A stretch of 64,000 nt of DNA from Paraspadella gotoi (GCA_051294375.1 CM119265.1:8440772-8504771); one strand, 5' to 3'. Numbered from the stretch's first letter, positions 26,387-40,384 are shown. Notes: generated by a model not told the origin, from the sequence alone. Translations and numbers: made by a program.

Positions 26387-27109
26387 TTATCATAAACCGA
26401 AAAATTAAATCTTGGATCAACTTCTTCAAAGACAGAGGGAGAAGAGAGTAAACACTAAACACTAAACAGGAAAGAAATAATTCTTTTGTTTTTGTTTGTC
26501 GTCAGCGACGGCTTGGGTTTCCATCGGGAATTCCTCGCTGCTGCTAGTGACATCTTTGCGTCGAAGACGTCGACTTCGTTTCTCCCTTTATGTCTTTTGT
26601 TTTTGCTTTGGATGAATTTGCCATATTCCATCTCTCTCTTCGTCCTTATCCGTAATACAAATTCACCAAGTAGGGTACTTTCTTCGTTGGCAAAGCAGGC
26701 TAAGACACTTTATCTCAATTCTACGTCCCGTGATCAATAACGCGACCGGTTTGAGCTTTCCAGCGAAAGCAAGCAGTCTCCGAAAGTTCGAAGTCCCATC
26801 GCACTCAGTGCATCACACTCCATCTCCTCAAAATCATAAAACTCAATTTCCAATTACCGCCTTCCGATTTTTCAATAACCGCGTGCTCAGTCTCAGCTCC
26901 CCATTTCGCATGATGAATTTTAGGTGAAATTTTCCCTTTTATTTAGCCATTTTCCTTTCACTCAAATAGCCTAATTTCGCCGATAAATTTTTCACTCTCC
27001 GTCTCTCAATTCGCCATTTTCCGACAATCAATTTGCCATATTCCATCATCCAATATTTGCGGCGCTGAACTGAAGGTCGCTCGAAATCCGCGTGGGCGTG
27101 AATGGAGTG

Positions 27110-27151
<42 letters not shown>

Positions 27152-27659
27152 GAGTGAGAGACATTCCTGAATAGGCACGTTGAAATTCTATGAGTTGGAG
27201 AGATCTCTTGATAGATAATAGTAGATAATAGTAAAAAAGCCTATTTTGACACTAATTTAATAATACTAGCGTCTCTGTTCCAAGTGTAAGTCAACCGCGT
27301 TTGAGTGGGTATGCGTATAAAGTGTCTTCAGTCGAGACGCAATCGACCCAAAAAGAGAAAAACGCAGGAGAACGGAACCGATTGGAAACTTCAACTCTGA
27401 GAGAGAGAGAGTGAATCGATTTCTCAGATGGTTGTTGTTGTTGTTACTGATTTTTAGTTGTTGTTGTTCCTCCTCTTCACCCCGGCGTCGAGCTCGACTT
27501 CGTAATTGCAAATTAGCCCGATTTCCCGGCGCCGGGCGCCAACTTCGCTGGCGGCGTCTCGTCTCCCCGGTGAGTGTTTATTAACGTCTGGCGCGAACGG
27601 GCGCCGCTGAGGGAGCGAGGGAAACGGCGAGGCGGGGGATTGTGTGGAGGCGGGGCCGA

Positions 27660-27725
<66 letters not shown>

Positions 27726-29461
27726 CGAAAGAGAGAGAAAGAGAGAGAATGAATTTGATATCCAGGAGGCATTCACCGTCCACGAGGCGCCAACGGCATC
27801 GCCACGGCTTTTGTAGCTTTGAAAGGCGTTTGGCGCATCGAGGGTATGAGTGGCGTGGCACGGCGGGGCGCAGATCAGCACGGCGTGGCGCAGTATAGCA
27901 TCGGGAAGCACAGCATAGCACCTCAAGTCACAGCTTAGTACCAACGTCGGGTTTATGGCTCAAAGGAGAAAAAAAGATCTTTTCCCAAAAAAGTCGACCG
28001 AGTCCCTCAGTTCCTCTGCGACTCGATTCGCTTCTTTTTTCTTTTTTCTTTTTTCTTTTTCCCCTTCTCATCTTCGCCCGCCGGCAGTATTGCCATCTTT
28101 TTTTAGGACTCATATTTGCCACTTTCATTTGCCGTTTGCAAAGTCGATGACGGGGTCTTGATTACCTTTGCTTGGGGGAGAATACTGCAAGTTGGGTTTT
28201 TAAACAAGCTTTTATAATCAAGTATACAATAAAAAACCTTTCGATGATATATTGAATGAATGTACAATCTAAAGATTAAATAAAATGGACTGTTCACCTT
28301 TTTGTTCGCCCGTGACGCTGAACTTTTAGGAAGTTTTAACCAATAGGTTGTCTCTTACTAAAACTAGGACAGATTGTAGTTTAACCTCGTGTTGTATAGA
28401 CCTCCCACTCCCAAAATTAGTTATTAGATATAATGATAAGTAAAAAGTTTTAAAAAAGAAATATATATATAATTAAATAATAGATTCAATAGTAAAACTT
28501 TCATAAAATATAAAAATATAAGATAGTGAAACAAGTAATTTAGAAAATTTTCATTAAATCCCTAACCCAAGAGACTGTAACCTTACACTTCGTTCTCACC
28601 GGTAGAGGGCTCGATCATATCGTCGCTGAAAAATAATCCTAAAACAAGACTGTAAAAATGAAAGATTTTTAGCGCCATTTGCGTCTGTCTCCCTCACTGC
28701 CATCTCTTATACCACCTAATAGCCAAATAACGGCAATACAGTCACGGTCACAATGGCGCTATTTACCACTAGGTTCTTATGCCATAAAATCAACTACCCC
28801 TTTAGAAATATAATGGCATCACACAACCCTGCCCAACTTCATCCCTAAGCCACTCACTCTTCTCTCTCTCTCTCTCTCTCTCTCCTCTCTCTTCTTCTCT
28901 CTTCTCTCCTCTCTCTCTCTCTCTCTCCACCCCCTTTCCCCCGCTCCCCAAACGCGACGGCACCGCCCACATCTGGAGAAGTAGGCGTGGTTTTCGCCCG
29001 CGTCTTTGTTCCGACCCTGGAATGAGAAGAGTTTTCGTCCTCCACCGAAATATGCGCGCCGAAGTATGGAAGATGGCGAAGACGACGACGACGACGACGA
29101 CGACAAGGAAGACAAATATATGAAGACGACGATGTCGACGTTTAGGAAAATTTCGATGAACACGAAGAAACAAAAAGAAGATTAGGTCCGTGAATTAATT
29201 TTTTAATAAATATTGGCTAAAACGGGATTAACGAAGAGAAAGAAGAAAGTGACGTTGACTCTGAGAATCACAACAGCAGCGACAGCGTCGTAAAAAACAG
29301 GGACGATGAGAAGAAGATGATAAATACTCGGGAAACGAAGACCCAGGACAACGATCACAAGGATATTACTGTTGGAATAAAAGAGAGGATGATGACTCCG
29401 GAAGGATAAATGCAAAGTGAAGATAAGGAGAAAATGAATCACGTCCGAGGACGGCGACCCT

Positions 29462-29503
<42 letters not shown>

Positions 29504-30477
29504 TGCAACAATGAAGAAACGCTTTCGTCTGTTGTCTAAAAGTATTTAAGTGAAAAACTCCAAAAAAAGTACCAAAACAAAAACAATAGAAACAGTTGCT
29601 AAGACGGTCTCTTGCGTTCTGGCAGCGTTCCTTTCTCTCGATTAACTAATCTTTTTATTCGTCGGTTAACTAAGTTAAGTAATAATAATAATAACAGTTC
29701 AATAAATTTGGACAAAACAAATCCGTATCGAATGAAAGCAAGCCTCGATGTAAAGCAAACAAAAAAAAAGCAAGCCTTTTAGCGGCAGAAGGCAAATAAA
29801 ATGGTGATTGGTGAGGTAAGGTCTCGCGGTCGGGTCTCGTTCGTCGGGTCAGTTTGACGGATTGATCCGGCGAGACGGGTGAGGGAAAGGCAGCGGCGAT
29901 GAGTTCATCACTGGCGAATTCGTGAGGAAGAGAAAGAGGAAAATGAAAATAGAAGTGAGTTGAGCGATTTTTCGTGATGGGATTACGGGAATTTGCTAGA
30001 GATGAGAGGGCGTAGAGACTGCGGCGGAAAGTGAGGTGAAGGAAAACAAAGAGACTGGAAAAAAGATAACAAAAAAAAAAAGGAAAAAAAAAGGAGAAAG
30101 GAGGAGTCTCGTAACGGGAATCGAACGGGAGAAGGTGAAATTGAGGTCGAAAGGAAAAATCGATCGTGAAAGGAAGAAAAGAAAGAAGAGAAGGATTAAT
30201 GAGTGGGAAGAGAAAAAAAAAACGGAGGGAGAATTAAGGGAAGGGGAAGGGAAAAAGGGGGGAGGGAAAGTAAAGAGAAAATTAAAAGGGGAGGCGTTTT
30301 TAATCGTAAAGAAATTATAAGATTTTCTGAAATAAAAAAAAATGAAATTGAAGAAAAAAAAGTTTCAGCCTTCAGGAAACGAAAAGATGAGGCGATAAAT
30401 CATAATCGGTTCGATTTATGATATCCTTGGAGTGAATGCTGTAGCGGTAATATTTCATACCCCGTTTACTCGTCCGA

Positions 30478-30660
30478 GAATCAGCAGTACCTATGGCGCC
30501 GGGGTTAGCTCGAGCTCCTCCCACCCCGAAAGCCTCGGGTTCGCGCCCTGCTGATTCCCACAAGAAAGCGTGACGGGGCTTCTGACTCACCTGTAGCGAT
30601 GGGCTACTATCCGAAGTTCGGGACCTTGTGTGTAACGTACTGTGAACTGCTCGCGACGTC
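30478..30660 (+). mobile_element. tRNA-derived SINE-like element
   Basis: A-box-like TGGCGCCGGGGTTAG at 30494 and B-box-like GGGTTCGCGCCC at 30537 with tRNA spacing, but no proper acceptor stem; downstream CTGACTCACCTGTAGCGATGGGCTAC resembles conserved SINE central-domain cores. Confidence 0.5.
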
Positions 30661-31528
30661 GTCTTCCACAATGCACGAGAAGGATTTAAAAATTAATTCA
30701 GCGATGATGTTTTTAAAAGGAAACTGAATTAAAAAAGCGATGAATGAATCAATAGTTAAGCGAAAAATAAAAAAAATTCTGAGTTGACAATGAGATGGCG
30801 CTCCCCCTTCAGATCGAAGGGTAAAAAAAGAAACGCGTGTTGCCATTAATTCCCTCTAGCGGAGAATCTTATCGCTGTGGAAAAAAGATCGAGAGACGCC
30901 CACGGAATTATACACTCCGTCACGGCATTGGAGCATCAATATGCGCGAGAATTAAGATTATATCGATATTATCATTTGCGCTTGGGCGAACTACGTCGAG
31001 GAAAAGACGATTATGTGCAGCACGGCCTTTTTCCTTTTATAAAAAATATTGATATTACGGCATGAGGGTATATCCGGGCTATCGGGTTTGAGGATATTAG
31101 AGCATGAGTTTGTAGGTTTGAACCTGCAAGCTTCGGCATCAAAGCTGTGAACCGAAGTTGCGATCTTGTCCCTTGAGGATAAAGAACAAGAAAGGTAATT
31201 NNNNNNNNNNAATCTGCAAGCTTCGGCATCAAAGCTGCGAACCGAGGTTGCGATCTTGTCCCTTGAGGATAAAGAACAAAAAAGGGAATTCCAATGTGTT
31301 GCGCCGGAGTGACTTTATTTTCACATGATATAGCATGACATGATATGACAAAAAAACTTTTCGCCCGTGTTTTTATGACATGCACTGCATCAAAATTCCG
31401 TCTTTTATTCTTTATAGTTTTAGGAATCCCTGAAGGCGTCGCTAGCAGTCCCTTAGATTTGAGGTTTTTTTCTGTGTTAACAAATGAGCAACCAACTATA
31501 GGCAAATTATATGCATTTTTAACGTAAG

Positions 31529-31610
31529 TAGGACCGACGGACCGACCAACAGACCGACCGAAAAGTGACTTATAGAGTTGCTCCTCGAGTTACTAGCGGC
31601 GCAACAAAAG
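31529..31610. mobile_element. Second copy of the same Helentron/DINE-like terminal module
   Basis: (GACC/GACG)n tract, AAAGTGACTTATAGAGT (1 mismatch to the 6.2-kb copy), GTTGC...GCAAC stem, then AAAA. Confidence 0.45.
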
Positions 31611-32817
31611 AGCGGGAATCACCGGTGAATCCACGGGTTTAATAACCGGGTGAAGAAATTCGAATATTAGAATAAGTGATGTTAAGAAGTGAAGTTGTTT
31701 GAAATTAAGAATTTTTACTAGCAAGCCGTCAGTCGAAAATACAAAAATTATCCGAGAAAGCGCATTAGCAAGCAAACGAGCAGTTCCTCTAAGGAAAGAA
31801 AAGGGTCGAAGAAAGAGCGCAAAAGTCAGGCGCCACGCCCACGAGGCGTTTGACCGGAAGTCGAACTCTGACGAAGAGGACGAGGCTATTTTGACGCGCG
31901 ATTTTATGAACGTGATATAAGAGGTCGATGGCGGGGTAAGGCTAAGTGGGAAAAAAGGTGAGGCATCGTAGGCGGAGGTCAGGTAAAAAGAGAGAGGGGG
32001 AGAGAGAGAGAGATAGGTAAAGAGTGAAAATACTACAGATTTAGAGATACGAGAACGTTAATATTCAATAATAACAAAGGCATTTATCAGTAAACAAAGG
32101 CAATACTTTCTTTTGTTCAGCATCGTTTTCAATGAAACGCGATACATTTTTTGTTTTCTTCTTTTAGTCTGAGCTTCGGCGACCGTGAAACGAGAAACTT
32201 ACTCGCGAGTGAAATGAGGTTTTTTTTAAGTCGCTGCTTCTCATATTTACTCAGTGGTTTTTTTTTTTAAGGGTATTTCAGTATTACTGGTAGTATTGAT
32301 TTTATAGGTTTATGATGAACTGATGCAAGAACTGTGATATGTCCATTGCCCAAGACATTGCCATATCATTTTTTCAATATTTGCATAATTTTTTTTTTAT
32401 TTACGAATTTTTATTAATCATTTCTTCTTCCCCCTTTTTTTTACCCCGCTCCATCACCCTATTACTCCCTCCCTTCTAAAATCCTTCATCCTTCCTCTTA
32501 TATCCATCTTCCTTCCTTCCTCCCCCCTCACCCACCGAATTCATTTCCCCGCTTCTCTTCCAACGCGGCTGCTGCGCGACGAAAGCAGGTAAGTCACGGA
32601 AACAGAGAAACTCCACTTCGCTGCTTTTACCTTTTTTCTTTTCAAGTCTTTCAGACTCTTTGTCAGAGTGTTTGCTTTACGATATGACCTTTCCATCTTT
32701 TTCATTCTTTCCTTTTTTCTTTCTTTCTTTTCTTCTTATCTTCTTCCCTTTTTTCTTTCTTTCTTCTTTCTTTCTTTTCTTTTCTTTCTTTCTTTTCTTT
32801 CTCTTCTCTTCTTCTCT

Positions 32818-32851
<34 letters not shown>

Positions 32852-32901
32852 TTTCTTTCTTCTTTCTTTCTTTCTTTTCTTTCTTCTTTCTTTCTTTCCT
32901 C

Positions 32902-32944
<43 letters not shown>

Positions 32945-33690
32945 ATTTCTGCCCATCGCGGAAAGGCGATAAACAGACTTGGCCTGTATCGTCTCCGCTT
33001 TTGTCTCGAGCGTCGAAATTGACGACGACGTTTGGCGCCAAACATACGTTTGCGTCGTCGTCGTTGTCTTCCTCATCGTCGTCGTCATCGTCATCATGGT
33101 CGTCGTCGTCGTCGTCGTCAGTATCTGAGCCTTTGTCTCCTTTGATGCCTTCAATGGCAACGATGTTATTTCGAGCCTTCTACGTCTACGAGCGAGAAAA
33201 TAGGAAAAACCAAATACAAAACAAAAGAAAGAGACTAACAAAACAAACGGAAATAACAGACGAAAACGAAATAAAAGAAAGAAAAAGCTTTGGAAAATAA
33301 AAGTCACAAACTGAAATCAATACTCCTGAGTCGAAGACGTTATTTTTTTTTTTGTTGAAATAGGAATTTTTTTTCTTTTTTTCTTTTTTTTCATCATCAT
33401 TCACGTCACTCGGTTGTCTTAACGACAGACTCTGAGATCTTCCTCATTCGTTGTAATCTTTCTTTTTTTCTCGATGCTTTGTCGCTTTGATCGATTGATT
33501 TGATTAGTGTTCGAAGTCGGCATAGTAAACAGTATTTAGTATAGTAGTACAGCATTGTATTTGTATACTTTCTCCTTCTTTGAGTTCCTTTGATTTTTGA
33601 GACGCGAATTTTTTTTTTCGATTAACAAACAAGGCGTTCTTTTTTTATAAAGTAAACCTTGGCAAGAAGAGAGTGGGAGAGGGAGAGGAA

Positions 33691-33792
<102 letters not shown>

Positions 33793-33847
33793 CAAAAACA
33801 AAATTAGATGAGAGGCCACTCGGTCGACCCTCGCATCGACTCGTGGT

Positions 33848-33901
33848 TGACCCTGAGAGGTCATGACGAGGAAGCCGATGTCAAAGGTCAACAAAAGGTC
33901 A
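33848..33901. promoter_or_regulatory. Cluster of nuclear-receptor half-sites including a perfect DR5
   Basis: TGACCC (33848), AGGTCA (33858), ATGTCA-A-AGGTCA (33878-33890), AGGTCA-ACAAA-AGGTCA (33885-33901). Confidence 0.45.
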
Positions 33902-34399
33902 CGAGCGAAGATTCCGGTTCCATCGATAAATAACTCGGGCTTCTATGAATCTCGAACAAATTCATTGCGCCCTTCGCGTGGTCTATCGAAGAGATCAAGG
34001 ACCCTTGGGGCCAGAGCTGAATTTCAACTCTCTACACATTGCTGCGCCCGGTGAAATGCAATGCAATGCTGCGCCGTTGGTGGGAAAGCACCACTCCCGT
34101 CGCTGATGTTTATTCGATGCTTCCTTTTAACTCGATATCATTTTTCATCTTTATTTTCGCCGCTCGATTTCGTTGCTCTTTTTTTTTCTTTCTTCTGCTT
34201 TCATCGACACTGGGCCCTGCCGCCTTGGCCATTGGCCAACCATAACTGACCAGGGATCAGTGGTCACTGACCACCCGTTTTTGTTATCACCCGTCTACTC
34301 ACAAACTTATCCTTTTTCATACTCATCCTTTGGCCCCTCTCCTTCGACGCAGAAAGAGTTTGACACGAAAATCGCAAGTGACAGGAGTCGTTGATCCGC

Positions 34400-34436
<37 letters not shown>

Positions 34437-34438
34437 AC

Positions 34439-34492
<54 letters not shown>

Positions 34493-35090
34493 ACGACCGA
34501 ACTAAAATTCCGCGAACGAAGGCGAAGCTGCGGATATCTGCTTAGATTTTTCATATCTAGTGAAATCCCCGCGATCTGAAACAGATTTCGATCAATTTTT
34601 ACCCCCCCCCCGTGGCGTGAATTAGCGGGAAATTTGAGAAAAATCTGTTCTCGATTTTCAACGTATTTCGATTAACCATCATAATCGTCGTCGTCTTTAT
34701 CGTCTTTTTCGTCGTCATCGTCGTCTTCGTCGTCCGATTGTCCTCATTGTGACGAGGACACGCCCAGACTTTTTTCTCATCTCACCATATTTCCCAGCCT
34801 TTGGCTTTGAGGACAGCTCCGTCGTAGTCGTCGCCGTCATCGTTTTCGTCGTCGTCGTCGTCGTCGTCAGTCTCTTTTTTTAAAATCGGTGATCAATGGA
34901 TTGAGAGATGAAAAAATAGAATATGAGGCGTCACGAAATCCCGATGCTCTTTTATTCGTCTGATGGATTTGTCTTTTTTACGTCAGATGAAACGAAATTT
35001 TAGACGCGGTNNNNNNNNNNNNNNNNNNNNNNNNNAGGCACGCGGTTGTTCTTTTTTTATATTTTTATTCGCTAACCACATTATCACGCG

Positions 35091-35190
<100 letters not shown>

Positions 35191-35253
35191 AACTCCAGTT
35201 TCAAAAAAAAAAAAAAAAATCAAAAGAATAAATCGGTTTTTAGAAAAAAATTC

Positions 35254-36567
35254 CTAATAAAGTCATAGTTGGAAATTGTAAACATCTACTACCGGATTTA
35301 AAATTACAATTTTTTTAAGTTTAAAATGACTAATTTACGACATTCGCAGGGGCATTCACATTCGCCCCCTTCTCTTCCTCTCTTTCATAAATCCGTTTTT
35401 TCTCACATTTCGATTCATTTCACATTTCTTGCGTTCACGCGACCGTTGACTTTCCCTTCCGCGCCATAGAGTCTTTCCGATCCAAGCGTCTGTTGGTCTC
35501 TCCCTTTTTGTCCATCGATGTCTGTCCGATATCAGTGTGATCCATAGACATTATTTAAACCAATGGGTACCGCTCACATAATTAAAATGTTACTGTCATC
35601 AACTGTGTTGTACATGAACTGTACTGTAACTCCATGTTTCTGAACTGTACTGAAAAAATGTACGTTAATACCGTTCCCGGGCCGGTAAATATTTATGTTA
35701 GCAACTCCTAGTTCTCAACATCTCAGTCTAGATCTTAAATTTCATCACTTCCTTTTCACTTTAACCATTAAAAAAATTCGCGCACATGCCTGATATTTCT
35801 CTCTCTCTCTCGCTCTTCACTCTTCACTTTATTAAAATTCACTTCGAATGCGGAATAAAGAAGCGGGAGAGAATCGCATATTCAAATATTTCTGTGATCC
35901 TCTCGCGACCATCGTCCGTATTCTGCGCCGATCGTCGTTCTTTCGTCGTCGTCGTCGTCGATTGTTGTTCGTTCGTCGTAGTCGTCGTTGTTCATCGTTG
36001 TTCTTTCGTCGTCGTCGTCGTCGTCGCCGGCCGGTGTCTTGGGGATCAAAGGATCAACAGCGACGAGAGGAACGGCTCTTTTAAAAAGAACTCTCACTCC
36101 TGCGCGCGAGTGGGTGTGGACTTGTGTGCGACTGTGTGCGACCGATATGTGTTGTGCCCGATAAAGAGATGAGGAGCCTTTCAGTTTCAAGATTAGAGTG
36201 CGCGAGAGACAAAACTGTTGTCGATGTAGGATCTGTGTCCTGACTTCTTTCGAGTTACGTCACATCGGCACGTAATAATATAAGGACGACGAAGGAAAGG
36301 CGCGGATTTAAAATCGACGTGGATGGCGACTGTTAAACAACATAATTATCTCGACGCTCCATTCAAAGAGACGGCGCGTTGTTCACGGTGACGCTCCTCG
36401 TCTGTCCCCGACGTTTATTCTTGGTCCACGTGACGCGCACGTGACGTGATTCGAGATTTAAAAAAAGGTGATGAGCGTCATTCGCGCTTGTAATTTTTAA
36501 ATCGTCATTGGACGCTTCGTTGCTCCACGGCGGCGGAATCGACTGGCGTTTTTGAAGGCCGATGTCA

Positions 36568-36606
<39 letters not shown>

Positions 36607-39600
36607 TCTCTCTTCTCTCTCGCTCTCTCTCTGTCTCTCTCTCTCTTCTCTCTCCCTCTCCTTGAAGTTTCGTGATTCGCCCCGTCCATTTCCTTCTCAC
36701 TTTCTCCCTTCTCTCTCCAAGGTTGAGTCTTTTTTGCCAAGAAAAAAAAAATATGTAGAGAAACGCGATTCGTGCCGAAAAGAGAGAGAGAAAAAAAAGA
36801 TGAAATGGTTCCGACGGCCATTCTCTCGATTTTCTCGCTGCGGATCTTAGACAGAAACAATTTCTTGACCTCTCGATCCAACCAGAAAGAAAACCAAACT
36901 TTCGTTTCCCAACAAATTATGAAAGGTTTCGAATCTTTTGTGGTTGTCGATCGTGATCGGCAATCAATTGCGGCAATTTTGACTTATTTTATTAACAATT
37001 AGTATGTTACAATGTACAATTGTACATATGTTTAAAAAATCATCGCTATTTTACAACTATTTACAGCCATGTACTAGTTGTACGCTTGCATGCTTTATGG
37101 ATTGGGCCCAATTGCTTCTTTTTGTCAAATAATCTTGAATAATATTGAAAGACCTTTTTTCAAAGATCCATCATCCAACCGACCAACGAGAACCTCGCAC
37201 CTGTCAGAGATTTCTTCAGAATACAAAGAAAAATATCGTGACGGAACAATTTAAAATAGAATTGGTGGTAGGATAAAAAATTCCGAAGCAAAGCCTTCAC
37301 GAGCAGAGAAAGAAGGGAGTGATGAGAGAGGGTGATGAGAGGAGGGGATAGGGAGAGGAGTGTGCGGAGTGAAAGAAAAGAGGTTGAGGCAAGAAATGTG
37401 TTGTTCACAAAAGAGAGAGTTTTTATTGGAATAGTCGCTCACATATGTAGATGGTTCGCAGGGGAAAAGTCTTTGTGCAGTTGTGAAGGTGGTGAACTGG
37501 AATAAGTGAATAAAGTGGTTCACTCGGGGTCATGACACTCACTTCATCAAGAAAAAAAAAAAAATCCTTTCTCGATTTCTGGCGATTTTTTGGCGATTTT
37601 GCCAGAATCGGTTTTTTCCCCCCGAGTTTATTACTGGATTGCGATGAATCGATTATTTCTTGTGGGCGAATTTCTAAGCGTTACATTATGATTATTTGTA
37701 ATTTTATTGCATAATGTCGGGGCTTCTTTCCGTTTGTTAAATAACAGTTGTTTCCGCTGGACGGCATCAGGGCTAGGTTTATTAAAACAATTTAATGATG
37801 AAACCGAAAGTGGCCATTTAATTTTTATATATTTAAAAAAAAAAAAAAAAAATTATATTCTTTCGGAATACTTCTTCAATTTCTTACCTTTTGTAGTCTT
37901 GTTCGTTCTCAACTTGCCTTGTCTTCACCTTGCCTTTGACTCACCTTTAGCCTTGACTTCACCTTGCCTTGTCCTATCCTGTCAGTGCTTCACCTTATTT
38001 TTTTCTTGTTTCTGTTTGTATGCTCCGTTTTGATCTCTTATGGTGGTTCTCCTCTGTTATTATCCTTCTTTACTACTTTTCTTTTCGTCTTTTCCCTTCA
38101 GTTTTTTCTTTCATTCCTTTTTGATTATTTCTTTCCTTGTACCTCCCTTCCTTTTTTTCTTTTCTTTCTTCCTTAACTTCATCATCTCATTTTCTTTTCC
38201 TTTTTTATCCGCTTAAAAAAAATTCCCCGAAAATCGACTCGGACCGCGCTTTTCCTTTTATTCTTTTCCTTTTTTTCCCCAAAATTTTCCTTTATTTCCT
38301 TCAGATTCTCAGGGCATTTCGGGTTTTTCGTCCAATATTCGCCTTCAAGACATGTTTTTTTCCTCCATGGGGAGGGAGTGTGGAGGGAGAAGAAACTCTT
38401 TTTACTTATATAAGCCTTGATTCAAGTCTTTTGCGTTTTCTTTCTTTGTATTCTTTCCCAGATTGAATCCCTCGGTGCAAGGGAAATTTTCTTCCACAAA
38501 ACGATAATCTATTTGGTTTTTCAGGATCTCCTGTTTTTTTTTCACAACCACTTTTGAGTTCAGATTGTCTAGACAATTTGTGTTTACAAAAGTTAATAAA
38601 AAAATCGTTTTGGCTAAACTTTTTCCTATTATTCCCGTCCGTCTCGCCCTGGGGGGTTTTCCTTTGTCGCAGACTTCGCCTTCGTTTTTGTCATCCTATT
38701 AGTACCAGACCAAGCTTTTATGTTGCTCACCTTTATGTTTCCCCGTTTCCTTTTGGCACCTTCCCGCTTGCTGCTACCCACATACGAGCTTTCAACGATT
38801 CCCTCGCGACTCCTAATTCATTCCCTGCCTCATTTGTTTTCGCCTCGTGCTTTTATTTTATTATTCTGGGTTTTCGCCGCGCCAGGACCGTTTTAGAAAC
38901 AAAAGGCAATTTTCGTTCAAATACTTCAATGTGTATTTTCAATCGTAAGTCCGGGCAAACAAACTAAACTATGTGTCAATCCGCAATTTTCAATCAGAAA
39001 CATTTCGTTTCAAAAACTGTTTTTTTGTTTGTTTAAATCTCTCTCTAATAAAGTCATAAGATTGGAAATTGTAAACATCTACTACGGATTTAAATACAAT
39101 TTTTTTAAGTAAAATGACTAAATTTACGACATTCCAGGGCATTCCACATTCGCCCCCTTCTCTTCCTCCCTTTCAATAAATCCGTTTTTTCTCACATTCG
39201 ATTCATTTCACATTTCTTGGTTCACGCGACGTTGACTTTCCCTTCCGCGCCATAGAGTTCTTTCCGATCGAAGCGGTCTGTTGGTCTCTCCCTTTTGTCC
39301 ATCGATGTCTGTCCGATATCAGTGTGATCCATAGACATTATTTAAACCAATGGTACCTCACATAATTAAAATGTACTGTCATCAACTGTGTTGTACTGAA
39401 CTGTACTTAACTCATGTTCTGAACTGTACTGAAAAATGTACGTAATACCGTTTCCGGGCGTAAATATTATGTAGCAACTCCTATTTCTCAACATCTCAGT
39501 CTAGATCTTAAATTTCATCACTTCCTTTTCACTTTAACCATTAAAAAATTCGCGCACATGTGAATATTTCTCTCTCTCTCTCGCTCTTCACTCTTCACTT

Positions 39601-40307
39601 TTAAAATTCACTCGAATGCGGAATAAAGAAGCGGGAGAGAATCGCATATTCAAATCATTCTGTGAATCCTCTCGGCGACATCGTCGTATTCTGCGCCGTC
39701 GTCGTTCTTCGTCGTCGTCGTCGTCATTGTTGTTCGTCGTCGTCGTCGTCGTTGTTCATCGTTGTTCTTCGTCGTCGTCGTCGTCGTCGCCGCCGTGTTC
39801 TTGGGGATCAAAGGATCAACAGCGACGAGAGAACGCTCTTTAAAAAGAACTCTCATCCTGCGCGCGAGTGGGTGTGCGACTGTGTGCGACTGTGTGCGAC
39901 CGTATGTGTGTGCCCGATAAGAAGATGAGGAGCCTTTCAGTTTCAAGATTAGAGTTGGCGAAGAGACAAACTGTTGTCGATGTAGGATCTGTGTCCTGAC
40001 TTCTTTCGAGTTACGGCTCACATCGCGTAATATATAAGGACGACGAAGGAAGGCGGGATTTAAAATCGACGTGGATGCGACTGTAAACAACATAATTATC
40101 TCGACGCTCCATTCAAAGAGACGCCGGTTGTCACGGTGACGCTCCTCGTCTGTCCCCGACGTTATTCTTGGTCACGTGACGGCACGTGACGTGATCGAGA
40201 TTTAAAAAAAGGTGATGACGTCATTCGCGTTGTATTTTTAAATCGTCATTGGACGCTTCGTTGGCTCCACGGCGCGGAAATCGACTGGCGTTGTGAAGCG
40301 ATGTCAT

Positions 40308-40384
<77 letters not shown>

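Noticed and set aside
30494-30557. Functional tRNA gene
   Set aside because: No 7-bp acceptor stem in register and a poor anticodon arm; treated as SINE-like
31120-31290. ~80-bp direct repeat
   Set aside because: Copies flank a 10-N gap, typical of unmerged contig overlap
35036-35046. AGGCACGCGGT matching part of miR-124
   Set aside because: Only 11 nt, diverges immediately afterwards, abuts an N gap, and no hairpin can be shown
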